Shown piece after piece: positions 27,165-39,465 of a DNA stretch of 64,000 bases. The position numbers and the translations under genes are program-made. The notes below the pieces were generated by a model, which was not told the origin of the DNA, did not search any database, and saw only the letters and a list, made by a program, of their open reading frames with translations. Position 1 is the stretch's first letter. Every line of letters begins with the position of its first letter. Origin of the DNA: the human T2T-CHM13v2.0 reference genome, Homo sapiens; NCBI RefSeq assembly GCF_009914755.1, contig NC_060936.1. The stretch is one strand, 5' to 3'.

Positions 27165-27690
27165 GTGTTTAGTGGTTAAGAGTGTAGGCATAGGAGCTGA
27201 TCTGCCTGAGTTCAAATTCTTCCTCTGCCATTCCATAACTGTGTGACCTTAGGCAAGTCATTTAACTTCTCAGTACCTTAGTTTCTATATTTTATTTTTA
27301 TTTTTTGGGGATGGAGTCTCCCTCTGTCACCCAGGTTGGAGTGCAATGGCACCATCTCGGCTCACTGCAGCTTCGGCTCACTGAACCCTCAACTGGGTTC
27401 AAGCAATTCTCATGCCTTAGCCTCCTGAGTAACTGGGATTACAGGCACATACACCACGCCTGGCTAATTTTTGTATTTTTAGTAGAGACCAGGTTTCACC
27501 ATGTTGACCAGGCTGGTTTCAAACTCCTGACTTCAAGTGATCCTCCTTCTTTGGCCTCCCAAAGTGCTGGGATTACAGGCGTAAACCACCACACCCAACC
27601 AGTTTCTATATTTTAAAATGGAGGTACCAATAGTGCTTAATTCACAGGGATGCAGCTAACATGTTGCAATCAATCAGTAATGTTAATTAC
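27165..27690 (+). mobile_element. MIR interrupted by an Alu
   Basis: AGTGGTTAAGAG...GAGTTCAAAT...CTGTGTGACCTTAGGCAAGTCATTTAAC; resumes at 27601 with ...TTTTAAAATGGAG. Confidence 0.8.
27295..27600 (-). mobile_element. AluS
   Basis: Dimeric Alu; perfect 15-bp TSD AGTTTCTATATTTTA at 27280-27294 and 27601-27615. Confidence 0.93.
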
Positions 27691-27857
27691 TATTTCCTTT
27701 CATAATTGTTTTTTAAAAGTATACAATAGGTATAATTTTTTTCAATTTTCATAATTTTTACTTGGCTAAGTGTCTTAATTATCTCAATTATATTTCCATG
27801 GCCAGTGAGATAATAAGCAAAGCCCACCCTTTCTTTTCACATTGTACAGATATCCAC

Positions 27858-29600
27858 TTTTTAAACATGTTTAATTGACATATAATAATCCTATATTTTT
27901 ACAGGGCACAATGAGATATTTTGATGTATATGCATACAGTGTATACTGTAGAATATTACAATTAAATCAAGCTAACATATCTATCACTTCACCTATTTTT
28001 TATTTGTAGTGAGAACACTTAAAATCTACTCGTTGAACAATTTTGAAATACACAATATATCACTATTAAGTATAGACATCATGCTGTTCAATAGATCACT
28101 GAAATGTATTTCTCCTGTCAAACTGAAGCCTTGTACCCTTTGGTCAACATCTCTCCTTCCCCTATTTTCCCACTGCCTCTCCCAGTCCCCAGCTCCTGGT
28201 AACCACCATTCTACTCTACTTCTGTGAATTTGAATATTTTAGATTATACATGTAAGTGAGATCATGCAGTATTTGTCTTCCTGTGCCTGGCTTATTTCAC
28301 TTAGCATAATGTTTTCTAGTTCATCAGTGTTGAAACAAATGACAGAATTTCCTCCTTTTTTAAGGCTATATAGTGTTCCATTGTGCATATATAACACATT
28401 TTCTTTATCAGTTCATCTATTGATGGACACTGAGATTACTTTCCTATCTTGGCTATTGTGAACAATGCAGCAATGTACATGGGAATACAGATTATCTTTT
28501 CAACATACTGATATTGATTCTCTTGAATATATAGCCAGAAGTGGGATTGCTAGATCATATGATAATTCAATTTTCAGTTTTTTCAAAATCCTGTTTTTCA
28601 TTATGGTTGTACTAAGTTATATTCCCACTAACCATTTACCATGATTCATTTCTCCACCTCCTAATGTTTATATTTTATTTTCTGAATAATAGCCATTCTA
28701 ATAAGTGTTAGGTGATATTCTGTTGTGGTTTAATTTGCATTTTCCTGATGATTAGAGATGTTGAGCATTTTTTCATATATCTAGTCACCTTTTATATTTC
28801 TTCATTTAAGCAATGTCTCTTGAGGTTTGCCTTAATTCATTTGTGCTGACATAATAAAATACTACAGACTTGATCATTTGTAAATAACAGTAATTTGTTT
28901 TTCACAGTTCTGGAGCTATGTAAGTCCAAGATCAAGGCATCAACAAGTTCCATGGCTGGCGAGGGCTGCCCTCTGCTTCCAAGATGGCGCATCATTGCTG
29001 TGTCCTCACATAGTGGAAGGTGAAAAGGCAAAAGGGCTGAATGCTGAATAAGCCTCTTTTTAAGGGCCTTAGTCCCATTCAGAAGAGAGAAGGCCTCATG
29101 ACTAATCACCTTCTACAGGCCACACCACTTAATACTATCACACTGGTAGTTGTTTCAGCATATGAGTTCTGGGGGACAGCCAGACCATAGCAAAGTTCTT
29201 TGCCCATGTTTTAATTAATTGGGTTGTTTTCCTGTTATTGAATTGTTTAAGTTTCATATATTTTGGATATTTGTCCCTTATCAGCTATATGGTTTGCAAG
29301 TATTTTCTTTTAATCTGTAATTTTTCTTTTAACTCTTTTTTTGTTGTTGTTGTTGTAAAGTTTTTTTAGTTTGATGAAATTTCATTTGTCTATTTTTGCT
29401 TTTGTTGACTGTGCTTTTGGGGTAATATCAAAGAAATCATTGCCTAGAACAATGTTGTGGAGCTTTTCCCCTACGTTTTTCTTCTAGTAGTTTTACAATT
29501 CTAGGTCTTAAATTTCTTTCTTTAATCCATCTTGAGTTTATTTTTGTCTTTAGTGTGAAATAAAAATCCAATGTTATTATTCTGCATTTGGATATCTACT
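27858..29600 (-). mobile_element. L1MA-type 3' portion, interrupted by a MaLR LTR
   Basis: GTGAGAACACTTAAAATCTACTC, CTGGTAACCACCATTCTACTCT and AAGTGAGATCATGCAGTATTTGTC. Confidence 0.88.
28828..29192 (-). mobile_element. MaLR solo LTR, MSTC/MSTD-like
   Basis: TG...CA ends; AAGTCCAAGATCAAGGCA and CTCTGCTTCCAAGATGGCG; 5-bp TSD AGGTT/AAGTT. Confidence 0.85.
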
Positions 29601-29624
29601 TGTAAAGAATACAGTTATTTTTAT

Positions 29625-30090
29625 TGTCTGGAGTCCTGACAAGAAACAGAACTCACTTCAGATTGTTCAACTGAAAAACAAAACAAAACATTAATGTATT
29701 GTACTTTCTGAGGTATAGGAATAGCAAAAGGAGTAAATCAGGGATGGTGGAGCATGCTGAGACTAGCAACAGCTGAAAGTAATTTCCTCTCACAGGACCA
29801 AAGAGGCATGAGGAAGAAATGGTGTTACCAGCATTCACTGAGGATTAGAATTGCAAAAATGTTGCTTTCTAGTGGGAAAAAGGAAAAAAAGTTATTACCA
29901 AGGACAAGGTAATGTACAACTTCCTCTCCTCCCACCTTCCTATCTCAGTACACTAGGACCACTGTCTGGTTAGAAGCAGAAGCCAGCTGGCAAAGAAATT
30001 ACAGTGAGGCAGTTTGCAGAAATTAGCTTTCTAAGGCCCAGATGGAGCGTAGCATGGTGGAGCATAGACTAAGGGAACAATGAAAGACCA
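29625..30090. mobile_element. Ancient LTR remnant (LTR78-like, tentative)
   Basis: GTCCTGACAAGAAACAGA...GGGATGGTGGAGCA...GACTAGCAACAGC resembles the remembered consensus. Confidence 0.45.
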
Positions 30091-32861
30091 TGGATGCTTT
30101 GATATTCTCTAGTGTCATGTTCATAGTCAAGTCCCAGTAAATAATACCCAGACACAAGTGATTCCTCCCAGTTTCAATATCCTCCTTCCATGCTGGTAGC
30201 CTATCTACAGTCAACACCACCAGCTTCTAAGCTATGCTTTATGTCACCAAGATTTTTACAGTCATTAACCTACATGGTGTCTCCTTAGCACTTTGCTTCT
30301 AATTAAAATATATATACTGATATATGTTGTATATATATTCAGTTGCAAAAGTGTTTACAAATTATTAAAGTTACATGCATGATCCAAACTCTTCTGCAAA
30401 ATAAGCCAAAACTCTTGTTTGTTTTCAAGATCTGGACAGAATTCCTTGATTTGACTACATCCCACAAGAATGCTTTCATTCCTGCTTTTTACTGGAAACT
30501 TTTAAACTGTTGACACCACGGATTTTAAAAAATAAACAGATGGGCATAGCTTCATGACTTCATTTTATATTGTAAATATAAATATTCAGAGAGATAAAAG
30601 ACAATGTCTCTATTTTTAATGTTTGTAAATTTAAAAATTTGCCGACATCATTTTATCCATATATACTTTGCTTGGCTTTTGTCCCTTAATAGATCTATAA
30701 CTGTGTTGGGAAGTTGTTTAATCATAAGTCATTCTAGGTAAGTTAGAGTTTTAAAAAAATAAAAATGAAAGAATTAAAAAAAAAATAACCCTGATGTCAA
30801 GATAAGTAAAAATGTGAGATTAGCAAAACTGATTACAGTCACGGTAGAAAGAACATAAATCCTTTTCAATAATTTTTTTCTTTATTAAAAAAAACCCCTT
30901 TTCTCACTTTACAGGGGAAAAAAAGGGTATTTGGCATACAGTAGTACTGGACGTTATCCAGAGAAGAGTTTTTTTCAGAACTTGGTCCCTTTTCTAATCT
31001 GAACAAGTTCAAGCTACAGCAAAATTACAGTTTCCCAGTCTCCTTTTAATTTCCAATTTTTGTTAAAAAGGAACCTCAGAAGATATTGACTTCGTACTAC
31101 TAAATTTGAGACAGGGCAGGTTAGAAATCTTTGCAATTTAACTAATATCAGTAACCTAATGGTGATGAACAAAATTTATATGTAGATGGAAAAATTTAAG
31201 CTAGTAAACACTATTTTGTCGTTTTTAATTGAGATGGATTTTTACATTTTTTTTTGTTCTAAATGGATATTTTACCATCACAAAACGGATGGTAATTATA
31301 AATTACATTTTGCCCAACATGGAATCAGAAAAAAGAAAAGACTTTTCATGATGCATCAATAAATAATGATTACATATCAGCTGAGCACAAAATCATGTGG
31401 TCAAAATTAATAAATACAAATAATTTATGTTTTCATTTTCTGTGTATCAGATTTTGTTGTTGTTGTTCAAGAGTAATTTGTCCAAAATTTGTTTCCACAT
31501 AATTTGATTACATTTATATTTTAGGGAGAATTCTTATAGTCTGGTTGGTGCTTTGCTCATGTCAAAGACATGTAATAAGCAAGTCATACACTTTGGGATC
31601 TCAATTTCTCTACAGAGAGTGGAGCCCTAAAATGGATGAATAATGAGACAAATAGTACTATAACACTGAGCAACAGGTGCCATAAGTATACATAGACTAA
31701 TGTGAGCCCATATATTCAGTAAAGTTTCATGGATCTGAGACTTCAGATGATCCCACAGTGAGACTGAGTTAGCCAGTATACAGATCACATAAGTAAAAAT
31801 TTTTTGGAAGAAAATTTTCTAAGGTGATGATCTGACAACTTTGGTTTCTAAAATATTTTTAAAGTAATAACTCAGATTTAGAATTTGTTTCTTGTATACA
31901 CAATTTTCTTTGAATACTAAGAGCCACACATCTCAGTGTGATCAAGATAGATACTTTTTAAAAAATGTGAAATTGGCTACTTAAAATATGTGATGTGGCT
32001 TTGAGAGAGAGAGAGAGACCTGTGAGTTGGAAGCTTGGTCTAGAGAAAGTCTGCTCTGTATCCCTTCTGTCTATGGAAAGATTCTCAAGCCACAGAACAA
32101 ATACAAATAATTCCAGCTGAAATAACTACAAATAGCATTCTAATTATGCATCCAATTTCCAGGCAAATATTATTTAAGAATATTGCAGTATTTTCTAATG
32201 CTATATAACATAGGTTGGGATACATTTTAATAGTAGAAATTTACTCTTCAGCTGAACAGGTATTTTCCCTTATTTTTATAGCTAGTATCAGAATTTGTTT
32301 ATTTTGTAAAATTTCCAGCTCTAGCCTTTTTAGCAACCATAAAAATCCTCAAGAAAATGACACATTTTATCTTTAACCAAAATATTTTGTTTTCCAAAAC
32401 TGTTTTCACTAGTGATATTATAGCAAGTAATATTTTGATCAAAGCTTTGTCACATAACCTATAAGAAAAAAAATTACCAACTACTATGCTTTTCTCACTA
32501 GATACTTAAAGAAAACTGAGAAAAATAGAATACCAACAGTATCGTTTTATTTTCCACCTAATTTTTCAGATGAGAGTATTAAAGTCCAGTGTAATAAAGT
32601 ATTTTGCCCAAAGCCACACAGCTAGAAAATATTTTCCTACGAAGAAGTCCATTTGTTTCACTATACTGGGCAGTATATGTTAATTGAATGCATAAATGCA
32701 CTTTTGTTATACAAGAATGGTATATTTGAAATGCATGAATAGAGCTTTTGTTTATGAGAACCTTTGAATTCTAAGATCCTAGAGGAAATCCTTAAAAGAG
32801 AGGAGCAAATGAATTGTAGATATAAAGGACAAAATTCTCCAAATTAAAATTGATGGATTGG

Positions 32862-33541
32862 TAACTATCATTCTACTCAATTTCTATAAGTTTGGCTTTT
32901 TAAGATTTTACATATAAGGTAATATGCTATTTGTCTTTCCATGCCTGGCTTATTTCACATAACATAATGTCCTCTAGGTTCATTTATACTGTCACAAATG
33001 ACAGAATTTCCTGTTTTAGTAAGGCTGAATAGTATTCCATTGTGCATATATATCGCATTTTAAAAAACTCATTCATCTTTTGATGGACATTTGGGTTGTT
33101 TCCATCTGTGGCTGGGGGAGGAGGTGGTCAGGGAAAAGGGAGATGTTGGTCAACAAGTACAAAGTTAGTTAGATAGAAGAAATAAACTCAGGCATTCTAT
33201 TGCACAGCAAAGGTGACTATAATTAATAATAATGTATTGTATATTTCAAAATAACCAAAAGAGAATTTAAACTGTGTCCATTGCAAAGAAATAATACATA
33301 TTTGAGGTAATAGATATGTTAACTAGTCATTTGATCATTTCACTATAATTAATAATGTATTGTGTATTTCAAAATCACTAAAAGAATTTAAAATGTGTCC
33401 ATTGCAAAGAAATAATAAATATTTGGGGTGATAGATATGTTAATTAGCCATTTGATGATTTCACAATGTATACATGCATCGAAACATCATATTGCACCCT
33501 ATAAATATATACAATTATTATTTGTCAATTAAAAAGAAAAC
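32862..33541 (+). mobile_element. L1MA-type 3' fragment with 5' inversion (32862-33113 minus) and an internal tandem duplication
   Basis: 16-bp TSD AAAATTGAT(G/A)GATTGG at 32846-32861 and 33542-33557; orientation switch at GGCT near 33110-33113. Confidence 0.88.
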
Positions 33542-33782
33542 AAAATTGATAGATTGGAAAGAAAGGAGTATTGATCACTAAAAGTAGAAGAGAGAAGATT
33601 TGTGTTGGTTTATTTATTTATTGTTTGTTTGTTTGTTTTGGCAGGAGAGTATGACAAAGTCAAAAGAATGGTGTGATTAGGCAGGCTTCATGAAGACCTG
33701 AAAAGAATTTTCTAAAAATGTTGCTGTCAATTAAATCCTGTACAGTGAATTTGCTGATTAGGATAAGAAAGATGGCCACACT

Positions 33783-34227
33783 CACTATTCACAATAGCAA
33801 AGACTTGGAACCAACCCAAATGTCCATCAATAATAGACTAGATTAAGAAAATGTGGCACATATACACCATGGAATACTATGCAGCCATAAAAAAGGATGA
33901 GTTCATGTCCTTTGTAGGGACATGGCTGAAGCTGGAAACCATCATTCTGAGCAAACTATTGCAAGGACAGAAAACCAAACACCACATGTTCTCACTCATA
34001 GTTGGGAATTGAACAATGAGAATACTTGGACACAGGGCGGGGAACATCACACACTGGGGCCTGTCATGGGGTGGGGGCATGGGGGAGGGATAGCATTAGG
34101 GGAAATACCTAATGTAAATGATGAGTTAATGGGTGCAGCAAGCCAACATGGCACATGTATACATACGTAACAAACCTGCACGTTGTGCACATGTACCCTA
34201 GAACTTCAAGTATAATAATAATAAAAA
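33783..34227 (+). mobile_element. L1PA4/5-type 3' fragment
   Basis: GGGGGAGGGATAGCATTAGG...ATACCTAATGTAAATGATGAGTT; perfect 18-bp TSD AAGAAAGATGGCCACACT at 33765-33782 and 34228-34245. Confidence 0.95.
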
Positions 34228-35284
34228 AAGAAAGATGGCCACACTATTGGAAGTTTCTATTGATGAAGATAAAGGTAATCTCTAACTAGGTTTATTTTGT
34301 AAGTAAATGCAGCACCATCTCACTTTAATACAAGTTGGGACTAAAAGTATTGCAAGTAGCACAGAGTACCCCTTCAAAACATAAAACTTAACATTTGACT
34401 GATAACTTGTATGTGTGGGAGGAATTCTCTATCATACTCTTTCTTAGGAGGCCGTACTGAGTGACATATGGTTTATGTGGTACATTTACAAATAATATGG
34501 TTCAGAGACAGTATAGGGTTCTGTTAAGGCCACTTGACTGATGGAGTGGTGCCACCAAATTTCCAAGCAAGGAATGTTGCAAAGAGAAAATATATAAGAC
34601 CCAGAATTAGGATAACATCTGGATTTGGGTGTGCCTAAACGGATCATGCTTTTATGCAGAAAGTCATGGGAAGTGCCCAAACTGAAAAGTTGCGGGTTAC
34701 TGACGCTGCTCCGATTGCCTGCACACAGTGTAATCCCATCCATCTGCCAATCGACAAGAATTAGATCCATATATATGCATAATATATATACACATATATA
34801 TGCATATATGTATATGGATCTTAAACATAAATGAATTATCTTTCTCTATAGATATATGGTATTGCTTTCTATATAGAAAGAGCATTCATTTGTGTTTAAG
34901 TTCTGACAACCCCTAAGATTTCAAAGTATTTTCAATGTATTGATGGAACATCAGGAAGCACAGATCAGTTCAACCCAGGAGCGTTTTACCACTTAGTTTA
35001 GAGCTCCGAAGAGAAGTCTGGGTAAAAAACACAAATATAATTCTGTCTTTATTCAAGAAAATTCTAAAAATTGAACTTACAAAAAAGAGAATGTCGATAT
35101 ATATACAAGGCACGACTTATTCGATAGTTCCTTGGAAGATGTTGGAAAAAATTAGAAAGTTGGCATAAACCAATCTCTACCATGGGGTTGGTAATAGAGA
35201 GATTAGAAAGTGCACTGGACATATTGGACTTGAAGTTAAAAACATGCATTCCAGTTTGAAGATATGTTTTTTATCTTCTGTATT

Positions 35285-35582
35285 TTTATTGTTGTTGTTT
35301 GTTTTGTTTTCGGGAGACAGAGTCTCACCCTATCCCCCAGGCTGGAGTGCAGTGGCGCAATCACGGCTCACTGCAATCTCCCCCTCCCAGGTTCAAGCAA
35401 TTCTCATGCCTCAGCCTCCTGAGTAGCTGGGCTTACAGGCGCCCACCACCATGCCTGGGTAATCTTTATATTTTTAGTAGGGTTTCGCCATGTTGGCCAG
35501 GCTGGTCTCGAACTCCTGACCTAAGGTGATCCTCCCACCTCCCAAAGTGCTGGGATTACAGGCATGAGCCACTGTACCCAGC
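35285..35582 (-). mobile_element. AluS inside a MIR remnant
   Basis: Dimeric Alu; 13-bp TSD TATCTTCTGTATT at 35272-35284 and 35583-35595; MIR core GGGCAAGTCACTTCACC follows. Confidence 0.92.
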
Positions 35583-37907
35583 TATCTTCTGTATTATTTT
35601 GGGCAAGTCACTTCACCCCTCAGAATAAACTTCCATCTCATCATATACACAGTTAAGCTAATAATACTTGCTTTTGCTACTTCAAATGGTCTGAGGAGAT
35701 CATTCCTATCTCGGTTGAACTCTGGAGATGTGTTTGCTCCTGCCTGGTTTATTATTATATAGCATCTTCTGTGTCTTCCTTTTTAGTTGCCTGGTACAGT
35801 GCCTGTTGTACAGTACACATTTAACAGACACTGCAAAATTTGTATAACTGTATAATTGTATAACACACACAAGAGGAAATAAATAGAGTACTCAAAAAGA
35901 TTTGTTGTGAACTCTAAAAAGTGAAAAGTATTAGAGAAGTCCAAAGTAGAGAAGAAACAGAGTGGGAGAAGGCATAAGAAGACATTGACCTGATAATTTT
36001 CCATGGCTGGTTGTAAATTTTCTTATGAACCCAAACAAATTATGAAACAAATATTTTCAGCTATTACACACTGGATTAGCCTATCACACTATGTAACTGA
36101 CCTTGTGTTATACTCTCTTTATACTCTCTACAATTAATGATCAATCTATAACACTGCTGTCCAAGAGAGCTTTCAGCAATGATGGGAAGTTCTACAAGCA
36201 TATCTTGGAGATATTGTAATTTTCATTTTAAAGCACATATTACAGGAAAGTGAGATGCACAATTTTTTCAGTTTTCCAGTGCATATACAAGTTATTTGCA
36301 AACTATATTACAGTCTATTAAGTGTGAAGTTGCACTATGTCTAAAAAATCTACATATATTAATTTTAAAATACTGTATTGCTTAAAAATGATAATCATCT
36401 GAGCCTTCAGCGAATCATAATCTATTTGCCAGTGGAGGATCTTGTGTCAGTGTCGATGGCTGCTAATCAATCAGGGTGGGGTTGCTGAAGGTTGACATGC
36501 CTGTGGAAATTTCTTAAAATGAGACAGCAATGAAGTTTGCCCCATTGATTGACTCTTCGTGTCCCAAAAGATTTATCTAGCATGTGATGCAGTTTGGCAG
36601 CATTTTACCCACAGTGGAACTATTTCAAAACTGGAGTCAATATTCTCAAACCCTGCTGCTGCTTTATCAATTAAGTTTATGCAATATTCTAAGTCCTCTG
36701 TTCAACAACATTCATAGCAACCTCACCAGGAGTAGATTCCATCTCAAGAAACCACTTTCTTTGAACATCTACAAAAAGTAACTTCTCATTTGTTAGTTTT
36801 ATTATGAGATTGCAGCAATTCAGTCACATCTTCAGGCTCTACTTCTAATCCTAATCTCTAGTTAACTTCCTCCAATGAAATCTTGCACTTCTCAAAGTCA
36901 TCTATGACGGATGGATGAATAAACTCCTGTTAATCTTGACATTTTGAATTATGAATGTTATGGATGGTATCTAGAATGATAAGTCCTTTCCAGAAGGTTT
37001 TCAATTTATTTTTCCCAGATCCATCAGAGGAATCAGTTAATGGCATTGATGGCCTTACAAAATGTGTTTCTTAAATGACAAGACTTGAAAATCAAAATTA
37101 CTCCTTGATCCATAAGCTGCAGAATGAATGTTGTGTTAGCAGGAATAAAAACAACATCAATCTCCTTGTACATCTTCAACAGAGCTCTTGAGTAACTAGG
37201 TGCATTGTCAATGAACGGTAATATTTTTAAATGAATCTTTTTTACTGAGCAATAGATCTCAAAAGTGGGATTAAATATTCAGTAAACCATGCTGTAAACA
37301 GGTGTACTGCCATCCAGGCTGTGTTGTTGCATTTACAGAACACAGGCAGAGCCAATTTAACATAATTCTTAAGGGCCCAAAGATTTTTGGAATGGCAAAT
37401 TAGCATTGGCTTCAAATTAAAATCACAAGATGCACTAACCCCTAACAAGAGAGTAAGCCTGTCCCTCGTAGATTTGAACCAGGCATTGACTTCTCCTCTC
37501 TTGGTATGCAAGTCCTATACAGCATTTCTTCCAATAGAAGACATTCATCTTCATTGAGAATCTGTTGTTTAACGTAGTCACCTTCATGGATTATTTTAGC
37601 TTGATCTTCTGGATAACTTGCTTTGGCACTGTGGCTTCACTTTGTACTTTTATGTTATGGAGATGGTTGCTTTCCTTAAGCCTCATGAACCAACCTCTGC
37701 TAGCCTCAAACTTTTCTTCTGCAACTTCCTTACCTCTCTCAGCCTTCATAGAATTGAAGAGAGTTTGGGCCTTGCTCTAGATTAGGCTTTTGTCTAAGGG
37801 AATGATGTGGCTGGTTTAATCTTCTATCCAGACCACTAAAATCTTTCCCATACTAGCAATAAGGCTGTTTCACTTTCTCGTATTTCTGTGTTCACTGGAG
37901 TAGCACC

Positions 37908-38020
37908 TTTTTTTTTTCTTCTAGCTTCTTTTTCTTTTTTTTATTTTATTATTATTATACTTTAAGTTTTAGGGTACATGTGCACAATGTGCAGGTTAGT
38001 TACATATGTATACATGTGTG
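37908..38020 (-). mobile_element. Very short young L1 3' end (L1PA2/3-like)
   Basis: TTATACTTTAAGTTTTAGGGTACATGTGCACAATGTGCAGGTTAGTTACATATGTATACATGTG is near-identical to the young L1 terminus; flanked by GTAGCAC. Confidence 0.9.
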
Positions 38021-38032
38021 TGTAGCACTTTT

Positions 38033-38339
<307 letters not shown>

Positions 38340-39289
38340 TGGAGTAGCACTTTTAATCTTCTTTAAGAACTTTTCTTTTGCATTCACAATTGGGCTAACT
38401 ATTCGGCACAAGAGGCCTAGCTTTCAGCCTGTCTTGGCTTTCAACATGCCCTCCTCACTAAGCTTAATCATTTCTAGCTCTTGATTAAAAGTGAGAGACA
38501 TGTGACTCTTCCTTTCACTTGATCATTTTAGAGGCCATTTTAGAGTTATTAGTTGGCCTAATTTCAATATTGTTGTGTCTCAGAAAATGGGGGGCCCAAG
38601 GAGAGGGAGATAAATTAAGGAGAGGAAGAAAGATGAAGGAAGGGTCAGTTGGTGGAGCTATCGTAACACACACAATATTTACTATTAAGTTCACTGTTTT
38701 ATATGAGTGTGGTTCATGGCACTCCAAAATAATTACAACAGTAACATCAAAGATCACTGATCACAGTTCACCATAACAGAAATAACAAGTCTGAAATATT
38801 GTGAGAATCACCAAAATGGGACACAGAGACACGAAGTGAGCACATGTTGTTGGAAAATGGCACCAATAGACTTGCTCCATGCAGAGTTGCCACAAACTTT
38901 CAATTTGTGAAACATGCGATATCTGCAAAGCACAATAAAGTGAAGTACAATTATGCCTGTATATGTGCCCTGTTTAAATAGCAGCCACTAGCTACATGCA
39001 ACTGCTAAGCACTTGAAATACGGCTAGTGCAATGGATGAACTAAATTTTTCATTTCATTTCATTTAAATTAGTTTAAAATTCAATGAAATACTCAAGTGG
39101 CCAATGGCTACTGCATTGGACAGCACAGATCTAAAACTTAATGGCTAATGAATGACCATATTCATCTGTGGAGCAGAGGAGAGTGTCTAAAACAGCATAG
39201 TGACCAAAATAATACAAGCCTAAATAAAAAAGAATCATGATTTAAAAGACTACAATTTTCAAAACTATTAAGTCTTGCTTTCTGCAACT

Positions 39290-39465
39290 TGTGACTTAAC
39301 ACACCTCTTTGACAGATCCTTGTATTATTTCACCAGAAACAGAACAGAATTCAGTTGTGTTTCACTAAATACATGGCTTCATCTTTTGGGACTTGGTTTC
39401 CTCATCTGTAAAGTGAAGTGGTTGGACTTCGTTAGATCATATTTAAATTTTTCTTTCAGCTACAG
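39290..39465 (+). mobile_element. MIR remnant
   Basis: GGTTTCCTCATCTGTAAAGTGAAG core. Confidence 0.6.

Noticed and set aside
34769-34815. TA-rich quasi-palindrome (possible cruciform)
   Set aside because: Short, interrupted low-complexity repeat, common in primate DNA
37242-37511. DDE transposase ORF as a possible domesticated gene
   Set aside because: Short fragment of a frameshifted Tigger1 interrupted by Alu and L1
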